From: an uncultured bacterium
GTDB taxonomy: Bacteria > Cyanobacteriota > Vampirovibrionia > Gastranaerophilales > Gastranaerophilaceae
DNA length: 64,000 nt
Direction: 5' to 3'
Assembly: GCA_902783835.1 (NCBI GenBank)
Contig: CACZSN010000019.1
Coordinates: forward strand, 25,301 to 89,300
Part shown: positions 9,014 through 17,757 of the stretch, piece by piece
Position numbering within the stretch: position 1 is the first letter of the stretch
Layout of the letters: each line of letters starts with the position of its first letter
Translations under genes and position numbers: made by a program
The notes under the pieces: generated by a model
The model's database searches: none
What the model was told of the DNA's origin: nothing
What the model saw: the letters and a program-made list of their open reading frames with translations, nothing else

Positions 9014-9922
9014 GTGTTGAATGTCATGATTAAGAGTAAGATTAAAAAAATAACTGTTTTCGTTATATTTTACGCGTTTTTATACATTTTAATGGAATTT
9101 TTATCGTTAACGGTTTTATATTTCAGTTCGCCCGACGGATTAAAAAATGATATCAAAATGTACGGAAGTTCTTTGTTATTTGATGTTCGTGATTTTAAAG
9201 ATGAAAAATATCTTTCTTTTATTCATAAACCTGTAATTGTGCCAAATTCTAAAAAAGCACCAATTGGAATTTTTGGTTGTTCGTTCGGATATGGTGGAGA
9301 AAATAATATTTTCGGACGTGATTTATCAAAATTGACGAACAGAAGTGTGTATAATTATTCCGTTCAGGGTGTCGGACCGCAAATGATGTATTATGCTATT
9401 GACAAAGGAAAGGTCAATGACAGTATTGATACGTATATTTATGTGTTTTTCGGGGACCATAATCTTAGATGTTGCAAGTTCAGATGTAATCCTTTTGTGA
9501 ATTATGTTGTTCCGAGATATAATTTAAAACAAAATGATACTTTGAAAATTCAATATCCGAATACTTTTCAGCGAACATCTTTTATTTACAGAGCATATGA
9601 GCAAATTTTTCCGCTTTATTACCAAAACGGAAATTATGCTGATAAGGTATTTTATAATGTTGTTATGCAGTCTTTTGAGCGGTTGAAAGAAAAAAATAAC
9701 AGTATAAAATTTATTATTTTGATTTATTCTGATATATCTAAGGAAGATTTTTGTTGCGGTGAAAGATTTGAGGAAGCCGGTATTGATTTGGTTTTCGTCA
9801 ATGATTTGACCGGAGAGAATATGATGACGTTAAAATATCAAATTTCTCCTGACGATTCTCATCCTAATCTTGCGGCATGGGATTTGATTTCTAAAAAATT
9901 GGTTCAAAAGTATAATTTTTAA
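9014..9922 (+). CDS. Membrane-anchored SGNH/GDSL-like hydrolase or acyltransferase (tentative)
   Basis: 302 aa with an N-terminal TM. IGIFGCSFGYG resembles SGNH block I (GDS replaced by GCS). C-terminal DDSHPNLAAWDLIS resembles block V (DxxH). GTG at 9014 gives the longest ORF; ATG at 9026 is an alternative start. Confidence 0.4.
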   Translation: MLNVMIKSKIKKITVFVIFYAFLYILMEFLSLTVLYFSSPDGLKNDIKMYGSSLLFDVRDFKDEKYLSFIHKPVIVPNSKKAPIGIFGCSFGYGGENNIFGRDLSKLTNRSVYNYSVQGVGPQMMYYAIDKGKVNDSIDTYIYVFFGDHNLRCCKFRCNPFVNYVVPRYNLKQNDTLKIQYPNTFQRTSFIYRAYEQIFPLYYQNGNYADKVFYNVVMQSFERLKEKNNSIKFIILIYSDISKEDFCCGERFEEAGIDLVFVNDLTGENMMTLKYQISPDDSHPNLAAWDLISKKLVQKYNF

Positions 9923-10014
9923 CGAACTGAATAATAAAAAATTTGAGGTAAATCTTTTCGAATGCTGATTTTCGACTTTATTTCAAATTCTTGTTTTCAT
10001 GATATTCTGTCAAT

Positions 10015-11163
10015 ATGAGCAGGGAAAAATTTATAATACTGATTCTTTTATATATTGCATTTATTGCCCTTGGACTGCCTGACCAAATTTTGGGTGTGGC
10101 ATGGCCGACAATGAGAGTTGATTTTGGCAAAAATCTTGATGCTGCTGGAATTATAACATTTTCCTGCACAATTTTTTCATCGTTGGCAGGTTTTTTAAAC
10201 GGTTATATTGCTCGAAAATTTCCCGTTTCTAAAATCGTTGCGGTCAGTATATTTCTCACTGCTGTCGGAAGTTTAGGGTATGCATTGTCCCCGAATTGGC
10301 TGACTTTTCTTATGTTTGTTATACCATCGGGACTCGGAGCCGGAAGTGTCGACAGCACATTAAACAACTATGTCGCTCTCAATTATTCTTCACGGCATAT
10401 GAGTTGGTTGCACGGTTTTTGGGGAATTGGTTCAACTCTCGGGCCGTTAATTATGACATTTGCGTTTGTCAAAAACCTTACGTGGCGTGGCGGATATGCC
10501 ATTGTCGGTATAATTTTATTTTTAATGTCTGTGATTTTTATGTTTAAGCAATTTGGTTTTTCCCAAAATCAGGAAACCGAGATTGTTAAAGAAGACGTAA
10601 AACCTGTGAATATGTTTACTTTAAATACTTTTTTAAGTGCAACGTTTTTCTTCTTTTATACAGCAACTGAAGGTGGTGTCGGACTCTGGATATATTCGGT
10701 TATGACGGAACAAAGAGGCTTTGACCCCGTATTTGCGGGAACTTTGGCTGCTATATATTGGGGTGCTTTAACTTTCGGAAGATTTTTGGTCGGTTTCGTT
10801 ACCAAAAAGTTTTGCAACAGTGCCATAATTCTTGCAAGTATATTAATTTCATTGATTTCAATGTTATTACTTTGTATTCCGATACATATTACGACGGTAA
10901 TCGGTTTAGTTGCACTTGGCATGGGGCTTTCCGGAATTTATCCCTGTACAATGAATGAGACACATAAGCGTTATGAAATTGAAAAGGCAAAAATCCTTAT
11001 GGGGCATCAAGTCGGTTCGGCTTGTTTAGGTTTTGCAATTATGACACCGCTTTTAGGGATAATCATTCAAAGAATAGGATTGAATTATTTGCCGGTTATA
11101 ACAACAATTTTCGTCTTAATTCTTCTTTCGATTGAGTTAAGACTGAGAAAATTGAGTGTTTAA
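10015..11163 (+). CDS. MFS transporter
   Basis: 382 aa with about 12 hydrophobic segments. N-terminal LGLPDQILGVAWPTM and a central loop are typical of major-facilitator permeases. Confidence 0.8.
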   Translation: MSREKFIILILLYIAFIALGLPDQILGVAWPTMRVDFGKNLDAAGIITFSCTIFSSLAGFLNGYIARKFPVSKIVAVSIFLTAVGSLGYALSPNWLTFLMFVIPSGLGAGSVDSTLNNYVALNYSSRHMSWLHGFWGIGSTLGPLIMTFAFVKNLTWRGGYAIVGIILFLMSVIFMFKQFGFSQNQETEIVKEDVKPVNMFTLNTFLSATFFFFYTATEGGVGLWIYSVMTEQRGFDPVFAGTLAAIYWGALTFGRFLVGFVTKKFCNSAIILASILISLISMLLLCIPIHITTVIGLVALGMGLSGIYPCTMNETHKRYEIEKAKILMGHQVGSACLGFAIMTPLLGIIIQRIGLNYLPVITTIFVLILLSIELRLRKLSV

Positions 11164-11175
11164 TTTTGTTTTAAA

Positions 11176-12273
11176 TTAAAGAGAACCTTTTTGTTTAATG
11201 ATGAGGTTTTTGAAATTTTCTTTTGAGCAATTGTAGATGTAATCCACGTATTGGCTCAAATATTGACGTTTTTGGTTATATTCATCATTAGACATGTTAA
11301 TGCATTTTACGAGTGCATTGTAAAAATCGTCGTTGTTTTCGTAAATTACGGAATTGCCGTCATCAAAACCGTTTATGGGAGCAAAACTTCTTATGATAAC
11401 GCAAGGTTTCAAAAATCCGTAAACTAATTGGAAGCAGCCGCTTGTGCTTGATGTAATATAGCCGAGGTGTTCTTCTTTTGTATCGTCATATGCGGTAAGC
11501 ATAAAATCGGATTTTTCGATTTCATTATACATATCCGTAAATGAAAGACGTCCTTTTATATCGATATATTTTTTGAGTTCATTTGGGACGCAATCCAAGT
11601 CTCCTTTTCCGATTACGGTAATTTTAAAATTTTTATATCCGTTTTTAATCAATTCCAATGCGGAGTTTACAATCAAGTGAGTATCTTTTTTGGAAGCGGA
11701 AAATTTTCCGACAACAACAAAATTTGTAATTTCATTTTTTTGATTTTGTTCAAATTTTCCGAAGTAGTGCGGGTTTACGACTACTGATTGAGCATTTTTG
11801 TAATTGAGTTTTCTTAATGTAATAAGATTTTCATTCCAAGTACCGTTGTCGGTAGCAGGTTTTGCTTCGTGTTCAACGAAGAACAATTTATTTTTATCAG
11901 CTTTTGCAAAAAAGTTGTATGCTTGGTCGAAATTAACGCTGTCGCAAATTTTTCCGACTGTTGTGACCAAAACACCTGCGACATCTTCAAGTGTATTATT
12001 TTTGAAATATTTTTCGATTTGTTTTTTTGTCATAACGTTGTAAGAGATATTTTCTTCGCCAAATCTGCAGAAAAGACCTTCTTTTAATCTGTCCGGTTCT
12101 ACCAAAACGGAAACGTGATATCCCAAGTCCAAAAGATATTTTGCATATCCCGGAACAACTTCGGCATGGCTTTTTGAGCATGGTTCCCAAACGAAGAAAG
12201 TATTTTCTTTTATAATCGGTTTTTTATCTTGAAAAATATTTTTAAAAAAATCTGCAATATTACTCATTATCAA
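11176..12273 (-). CDS. Putative GT-B-fold glycosyltransferase (tentative)
   Basis: 365 aa. The C-terminal half (VVVGKFSASKKD...ITVIGKGDL...IKGRLSFTDMYNEIEKSDFMLTAY...) resembles the GT1/GT4 Rossmann half, but the usual EX7E is not evident. Last gene of the Stealth/PIG-L cluster. Confidence 0.4.
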   Translation of the reverse strand: MIMSNIADFFKNIFQDKKPIIKENTFFVWEPCSKSHAEVVPGYAKYLLDLGYHVSVLVEPDRLKEGLFCRFGEENISYNVMTKKQIEKYFKNNTLEDVAGVLVTTVGKICDSVNFDQAYNFFAKADKNKLFFVEHEAKPATDNGTWNENLITLRKLNYKNAQSVVVNPHYFGKFEQNQKNEITNFVVVGKFSASKKDTHLIVNSALELIKNGYKNFKITVIGKGDLDCVPNELKKYIDIKGRLSFTDMYNEIEKSDFMLTAYDDTKEEHLGYITSSTSGCFQLVYGFLKPCVIIRSFAPINGFDDGNSVIYENNDDFYNALVKCINMSNDEYNQKRQYLSQYVDYIYNCSKENFKNLIIKQKGSL

Positions 12274-13030
12274 TTTGCTCCTTTATGTCCGAAAAAAATT
12301 CATCATACAACTTCAAGACTTCTTTGCAATCCAAAAGCCAAAAAGCTTCACTGTATTCAATATTTTTTGTTAATCCTCTGTATTTATTTAAACCCAAAAT
12401 TGCGTTCAAATAATCTTTTCGTTCCAATTGAGACTTATAGCATTTTATCATTTCCGCTTTTGTTTGAACGACGTCGGTAATTTCGACGAGTACGTTAGGA
12501 CTGCTCAATGCTCCCCAAACTTCGTAAAATAAAATTTTAAGATTTGGTTTATGTTTTTTTTCTCTTAACATTTTTTGCAAGTGTATAAAACAAGCTCTAT
12601 GGTCATAGTGAGTGTCAATTAAATTGGGGATAAAGATGTAATCGTATTTTTTCGTGTCGATTTGTGAAAAAGTTTCATACGAGTTACAAACTTCGCGGTC
12701 TGCAATTCCCAAATTGCGATAATTTTTTATACCCGCAACTTTTTGTGCATTTTCAAATTCAATAATTCTTGTTTGAACAATTGATTGAGTATCTTGATTT
12801 TTGATTCCTTTTGAGCCGTCCGTCAGGCAAATTACATCAAAATTATCTTTATATTTTGCAAGTACTCCGCCCATTCCGATGCTTTCGTCATCAGGATGAG
12901 GTGCAATACAGAGTGCTTTTTCGCCTTCTTTAATCTTGAAGACTTTTGCCGTAAAATTTATCGTCATCAAGTATCTGTTGAAACTGCTTAAAAATCTGTT
13001 ATAAAATTTTTGAAAAATTCTTTTTTTCAT
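12260..13030 (-). CDS. PIG-L/LmbE-family deacetylase
   Basis: Diagnostic CIAPHPDDESIGMGG motif and a downstream HYDH. Start placed at the ATG at 13030 (MKKRIF...), 4 nt after the upstream stop. The track ORF extends to 13102. Confidence 0.8.
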   Translation of the reverse strand: MKKRIFQKFYNRFLSSFNRYLMTINFTAKVFKIKEGEKALCIAPHPDDESIGMGGVLAKYKDNFDVICLTDGSKGIKNQDTQSIVQTRIIEFENAQKVAGIKNYRNLGIADREVCNSYETFSQIDTKKYDYIFIPNLIDTHYDHRACFIHLQKMLREKKHKPNLKILFYEVWGALSSPNVLVEITDVVQTKAEMIKCYKSQLERKDYLNAILGLNKYRGLTKNIEYSEAFWLLDCKEVLKLYDEFFSDIKEQIDNE

Positions 13031-13034
13031 CTTT

Positions 13035-13961
13035 TTATCTTTCAAATTCTGACGGTTTCGGAAATTTTTCTTCCAAAATTTCCACCATCTTTTTTCTGTC
13101 ATAATCTGTTGTTTTTCTGCTGTCGTTTATGCACATCAATTTTGCTTTTGAATTTTTGATGTTTTTTAAATTGGATTTTTTCAATCCGAAATATTCCGAG
13201 TCGGGATATTTTATGCCGAAAATTTTCAATAAAGGATTGACTTTTATTTCTTTCAAAATTGCTTTGTTTTGTACAACGGCAAGGTACAAAACAATTACTC
13301 TCTGAATATCTTCAGGTGTTCTGAATTTATGATTTAATGTTTCGTCAAAATCTTTTTCAAATTCTTTTATGCAATTTAAAAAATCCGATTTTTTATAGGC
13401 ATCAATGTTGTGATGCGGAAAATACGGAACGGATTTTCCGCATTTTTCTTTAACTTTTTGATAAGCTTTATGGACTGAGTGTCCGTATAAATGTTTATAT
13501 TCTTTGTTTTTTATTTTTTTTCCTGCTCTGAATATCGGTTTTTCATCTCGGAAAAAGAAATTTTCATCTACTTTATTCCAAAAAAAAGTATCATCATTTG
13601 CAAGTAAAAAATATTCCGATAATTCATTAATAAACGGTATTCTGTTTTCGATTACGCAAGAGTTGAAAACGGGCATTTTATCTTGCGGAATTATTTCCGA
13701 GTGGTCGACAATTCTGACTTTGGGATTACTTGTATCGAGCCAGACCGGGGTTTGATTGTATGTAACAATAAAAATTTTATTTATCCAAGGGGCATATTTT
13801 TCTGCCGAACGCAAAGAATATTTAAGTTCGTCATTATTTTTAAATCGGCAATCATCGGCTGATTCTTTTCCGACAGAGACATTATTTGTTGATTTGTTCA
13901 ATTTTTCTCGCCAAATCGGGTCAGTATCATCAACCCATAAATATACCAAATCAACTTTCAT
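13035..13961 (-). CDS. Stealth-family protein (hexose-1-phosphate / capsule phosphotransferase type)
   Basis: 308 aa. Stealth conserved regions are recognisable: VDLVYLWVDDTDPIW (CR1), NNDELKYSLRSAEKYAPWINKIFIVTYNQTPVWL (CR2), FNSCVIENRIPFINELSEYFLLANDDTFF (CR3). Confidence 0.8.
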   Translation of the reverse strand: MKVDLVYLWVDDTDPIWREKLNKSTNNVSVGKESADDCRFKNNDELKYSLRSAEKYAPWINKIFIVTYNQTPVWLDTSNPKVRIVDHSEIIPQDKMPVFNSCVIENRIPFINELSEYFLLANDDTFFWNKVDENFFFRDEKPIFRAGKKIKNKEYKHLYGHSVHKAYQKVKEKCGKSVPYFPHHNIDAYKKSDFLNCIKEFEKDFDETLNHKFRTPEDIQRVIVLYLAVVQNKAILKEIKVNPLLKIFGIKYPDSEYFGLKKSNLKNIKNSKAKLMCINDSRKTTDYDRKKMVEILEEKFPKPSEFER

Positions 13962-14047
13962 TTTGCTTTAAATGCCCTAAATTTCCAATAATATTTTATA
14001 TAAAATTTATCATAATAAATATAAAATAACAACAACTGCGTTAAAGT

Positions 14048-14821
14048 TTACACTTCAATAATCACGGTGTTTATTGTTTCTTTGTTTTCTGAATTTGTCA
14101 AAACTTTTCCTGTTTTATCCGTTATCATTGAATTTCCAATTAAAGTAAAACCGTTGCCGTTGCTGCCTGTTTGGTTTGCGGAAATCAAAGGGGTAATATT
14201 TTCGTTTGACCTTGCGACGTTCATTGATTTCCAAACGGTGAGCCAGTCCATATTTTTTTCAAATTCACTGTGAAAACCCCAAGCCGTCGGACATACAAAC
14301 AATTCTGCACCTTGTTGTTTCAGGGCTGCAAAATGTTGCGGATAACGTATGTCGAAACAAATAGCCATGCCGATTTTGCCGATGTCTAAGTCTGCAATCA
14401 CGATGTTTTCGCCTGCGGTAATTCTTTTGTGTTCAGTACCGCCGAAACAGTTGAAAAGATGGATTTTTCGGTATTTACAGACGGTTTCACCTTTTCTGTT
14501 CAAGACGAATGAGGTGTTGTATGATTTGCCCGAAACTCTTTCTATGACGGAACCACAGATGATGTTTGCGTTTAATTTTACGGCTAATTTTTTTAAAAAG
14601 TCAAGCGTTTCGCCCCCGTTTTCGTCTTCGGGGAAGTTTTTGAAGGCTTCATGAGAAATTCCGGTGGAGAAAAATTCAGGAAGAACGATTAGGTCTGTCT
14701 TTACTCCTTCAAGCATTTCGGATACTTTGTTCAGGTTGTGATTTTTGTCGCCGCATTTTGGTTGAAATTGGCAATTTGTAACAGATATTTTTCTCAAAAT
14801 TAACCTCTTTTCAGATAACAA
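14048..14821 (-). CDS. Carbon-nitrogen hydrolase family protein (nitrilase superfamily, omega-amidase-like)
   Basis: 257 aa. Glu-Lys-Cys triad contexts LIVLPEFF, YRKIHLF and MAICFDIRYP. Confidence 0.8.
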   Translation of the reverse strand: MLSEKRLILRKISVTNCQFQPKCGDKNHNLNKVSEMLEGVKTDLIVLPEFFSTGISHEAFKNFPEDENGGETLDFLKKLAVKLNANIICGSVIERVSGKSYNTSFVLNRKGETVCKYRKIHLFNCFGGTEHKRITAGENIVIADLDIGKIGMAICFDIRYPQHFAALKQQGAELFVCPTAWGFHSEFEKNMDWLTVWKSMNVARSNENITPLISANQTGSNGNGFTLIGNSMITDKTGKVLTNSENKETINTVIIEV

Positions 14822-15327
14822 ATTGATTTATCACCGTAAGTTTTTTCTTTTGTGCAAACGAAATTGCCCAAATTGATTTGCAATTCTGTCGGTTTTTCGA
14901 CGATGACAATTCCGTTTTCGCTCAATAAATTTCTGTTTTCGATTTGCTCGAGAGCCTTGTCGTATAAGCCTGATTGGTATGGCGGGTCAAGATAGAAAAC
15001 ATCAAAAACTTTCTCTGTCTTTTGCAAAAATTTTATTCCGTCATAATTAATCAAATTTATCGGAATTTTGTGTTTTTCTGCATTTTTTTTGATAAAAATT
15101 GCCGTTTTTTTGTCAATTTCGACCGAAGTTACCTCGTATCCTCTTGAAATCGCTTCGAAGGTCATTATTCCGGAGCCGGCAAAAAGGTCACAAAAAGTTT
15201 CAAAATCCCCTTGTGTTGCAAGTGAGTTGAAAACAGCCTGCCTGACCTTTGACAGCGTGGGTTTCACGTTGTCAAATTTTGCGGTTTCGATGTTTAATGA
15301 GTTGTATTTTCCGCCTGTTATGTTCAT
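14800..15327 (-). CDS. rsmD: 16S rRNA (guanine966-N2)-methyltransferase
   Basis: 175 aa. ITGGKY...KPTLSKVRQAVFNSL, SAM-binding DLFAGSGIMTFEAISRG, and FYLDPPY. Confidence 0.8.
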   Translation of the reverse strand: MNITGGKYNSLNIETAKFDNVKPTLSKVRQAVFNSLATQGDFETFCDLFAGSGIMTFEAISRGYEVTSVEIDKKTAIFIKKNAEKHKIPINLINYDGIKFLQKTEKVFDVFYLDPPYQSGLYDKALEQIENRNLLSENGIVIVEKPTELQINLGNFVCTKEKTYGDKSICYLKRG

Positions 15328-15899
15328 TTTTCAAGCCTCAAAAGATATTTTCGATGAATATAATTCTTGAATATAAAATTTGGCAAAACCCTTATCCTCA
15401 TTTGCGTTTCGAGAAACGAACCGATGTTGTTTTGGAAATGCCAAAGATTATTGTGTGTATATCTCGTTTCCGTTATTCCGTCAAAACCGAGCGAAAACCT
15501 TGCTATTTCGCATTTTTGAAGTTTTTTGGAACAGTAAATTCCTAAAAATTCATTTGTTTTATCTTCTAAAATATATTTTTCGCAAGTCCCGTCTCCGAGT
15601 AAAGTCCTTGCAAAATAAGTTCTTCCCTCAATTTGCGGTGTTAAGTTTTTGTTCTTTTTGTGCAAAATTATTGTCTGTTTGTCAAAAAAATTGCCAAAAT
15701 TATAATTATTTCTGATTTTTTCAAATTTTGTTTCGTCGGCATTTTTCGTAATTTTATAATTTTCTCTAAAATTATAAAAATTCCAATCGGACAGTAAAAA
15801 CACTTCTGCCACCGCTTTTTGAGGCAATAAAAGCATTATCGCAAATAAAATTTTAATCAAAATCGTACGGTCTTTTTTCATCTGCTTCCAAAATTTCAA
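15324..15899 (-). CDS. Hypothetical secreted protein
   Basis: 191-aa ORF with signal-peptide-like ILIKILFAIMLLLPQKAVA. No motif recognised. Overlaps the 3' end of the Nif3-like gene, so the true start may be the internal Met. Confidence 0.45.
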   Translation of the reverse strand: MKFWKQMKKDRTILIKILFAIMLLLPQKAVAEVFLLSDWNFYNFRENYKITKNADETKFEKIRNNYNFGNFFDKQTIILHKKNKNLTPQIEGRTYFARTLLGDGTCEKYILEDKTNEFLGIYCSKKLQKCEIARFSLGFDGITETRYTHNNLWHFQNNIGSFLETQMRIRVLPNFIFKNYIHRKYLLRLEK

Positions 15900-16596
15900 A
15901 TTTTTTGCCCAAATCGCCTAAAATACGCTTAAAAATTTCGCCGACATATTTTTCACTATCGTAATGACCGACTGCAAAAACGACGGTGTCTTTTCCCTCA
16001 AAAGACTCATGAAATTTGACTTCTCCGGTTATGAACAGATTGAATCCCAATTCATTTACCCTCGAAATTTCGGAACCTCCTGCTCCCGCACAAAATGCAA
16101 CGGACTTGATTTTCTGCGTTCCCGCGTGATTGATTACTTTGATGTAATCCAAGTTTAGTCGCTTTTTGATGTCTTTTTTCAAAAAATCAACGTCAATTTC
16201 TTCATCAAGAGTCTTTCCGTTAATAAAATCTTCAATTACAGAAACTTTCCCGAAACCGCATTTTTCTGCCAATGTATCCGTCGTTCCGCCTTTTGAAACA
16301 TCTAAATTCGTATGTGCGGAATAAATTTGAATTCCGTTTTGAATTGCTTTGATGATTGAAGGGTCATCTATTTTTTTCAGAGGGTCAAAAATTAAAGGAT
16401 GATGAGCAATAATTAAATCGCAACCGTTTTTGCATGCCTGCTCCACAACATCACTTGTGACGGTCAATGCCGTCATTATTTTGTTGAAATTTTTTTTGCC
16501 AAAGTTGATTTGCCAACCTGAATTGTCCCATTTTGCGGCGGTTTCAGGCGGTGCAACCTGTTCTATTAAATCAATAACTTCTTGAACTTCGTACAT
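15853..16596 (-). CDS. Nif3-like dinuclear metal centre protein (YbgI / GTP cyclohydrolase 1 type 2 family)
   Basis: WDNSGWQI and IIAHHPLIF motifs, C-terminal GHYDSE. Start placed at the ATG at 16596 (MYEVQEV...), directly after the gmk stop. Confidence 0.8.
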   Translation of the reverse strand: MYEVQEVIDLIEQVAPPETAAKWDNSGWQINFGKKNFNKIMTALTVTSDVVEQACKNGCDLIIAHHPLIFDPLKKIDDPSIIKAIQNGIQIYSAHTNLDVSKGGTTDTLAEKCGFGKVSVIEDFINGKTLDEEIDVDFLKKDIKKRLNLDYIKVINHAGTQKIKSVAFCAGAGGSEISRVNELGFNLFITGEVKFHESFEGKDTVVFAVGHYDSEKYVGEIFKRILGDLGKKFEILEADEKRPYDFD

Positions 16597-16597
16597 T

Positions 16598-17155
16598 TTA
16601 ACCCTTATGTTTTTCGTAAATTTTTGAAATTTCGTCGGCAGCCCTTTCGACAAGGTCGTTTACGACTTTGTAATCGTAATGTTGTGCCTCTTGTGATTCA
16701 AATTTAATCGCTTTGAGCCTTTTCGCAATCGCTTCTTCGGTTTCTGTTCCACGACCTCTCAAACGCTTTTCGATTTCTTCAATCGAGGGCGGCAAGATAA
16801 ATATCGTAACCGCTTCGGGCATTTTTTCCTTGACCTGTTTTGCCCCTTGAACTTCGATTTCAAGAAGGACGTTTTTTCCTTCTTTTAAAGTTTTTTCGAC
16901 CGCAGAACGGCTTGTTCCGTAACAATTTCCGCCAAATTCAGCCCATTCTAAAAAGTCTCCGTTTTCAACAGCCTTTTTGAAATCATCTTTGTTGACGTAA
17001 AAATAGTTCACTCCGTGAACTTCGCCCTCTCTTGGGTTTCTTGTTGTCGTCGAAACAGAGAGGTAAATGTTGTCTGCATTTTTCAAAAACTCTTTGATAA
17101 CAGTGCCTTTGCCGACTCCTGATGAGCCTGAAATTATAAATAAACGACCAGCCAT
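16598..17155 (-). CDS. gmk: Guanylate kinase
   Basis: 185 aa. P-loop ISGSSGVGKGT, TTRNPREGEVHGVNYFYV, and GNCYGT. Confidence 0.9.
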   Translation of the reverse strand: MAGRLFIISGSSGVGKGTVIKEFLKNADNIYLSVSTTTRNPREGEVHGVNYFYVNKDDFKKAVENGDFLEWAEFGGNCYGTSRSAVEKTLKEGKNVLLEIEVQGAKQVKEKMPEAVTIFILPPSIEEIEKRLRGRGTETEEAIAKRLKAIKFESQEAQHYDYKVVNDLVERAADEISKIYEKHKG

Positions 17156-17331
17156 ATTTGCTCCTTTTTCCTCATTATACCAAAATCATCCGATTTATAC
17201 CGATTTTCTGAAAAATAATTACATAAATAAATCATTGTCATGTCGAAAAAGTTATCCAGAAAAATCTATTTTCCTCGGTAAGCTTTAGCCTGCAAAGCAT
17301 AATTTCCGTCGGCTAAAATCGACCCTGCTCT

Positions 17332-17586
17332 ATGCCCCCGCAATTAAAACGGGATGAAATCCATATGCCCCCGATACAAAAAAATTAATGATGACTCAAT
17401 TAGAACGGGACGAAATCCATATGTCGATACAAAAAAATTAATGATGATACAATTAGAGAAGGACGAAGTCCATATGAAGATACAAAAATAAAAAAATTAA
17501 TGATGTCGCAATTAGAGAGGGACGAAGTCCCTTACATAATAAAAATGCGACTCGAGAGCCGCATAAGTCAAGAAAGGAATGGTTAG
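17332..17586 (+). repeat. Four-unit tandem repeat (unit about 53-59 bp) forming chained homologous mini-ORFs and a covarying small hairpin
   Basis: Units start near 17341, 17397, 17450 and 17509. The shared core is CAATTA(A/G)A..GGGA(C/T)GAA(A/G)TCC(ATATG)...GATACAAAAA..ATTAATGATG. Details are in the findings. Confidence 0.75.
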
Positions 17587-17757
17587 ACTATTAATTTAAT
17601 TTGATTATTACACACGTTTGTTTACTATGCAAATATGTGAATAAATATTAACTCTTTTTTTATTTCAAATTCGCTGATATAATGTATTTGCGGGCTTTTC
17701 CAGAAAATAACATAATTTTTGAAAAACGTAATAAAACTTAATAATCTTGGAGAAAAA

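Noticed and set aside
5033-9922. A prophage or integrative element inserted at tRNA-Thr.
   Set aside because: I saw no integrase, recombinase, structural, replication or lysis genes. I also found no direct repeat of the tRNA 3' end at the distal boundary. It is kept only as an 'AT-rich accessory island'.
17341-17535. A possible small CRISPR array: repeated ~27-nt cores separated by ~27-32 nt.
   Set aside because: The 'spacers' are homologous to each other (GATACAAAAA..ATTAATGATG in every unit), so this is a simple tandem repeat of a ~55-bp unit. The repeats are also degenerate, and there are no cas genes in the window.
17332-17757. A classical amino-acid attenuation leader or T-box controlling tyrA.
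   Set aside because: The mini-ORFs are not enriched in Tyr or Phe codons (a single Tyr, in the fourth). I could not find a T-box specifier/antiterminator architecture or a terminator hairpin with a T-run before tyrA.
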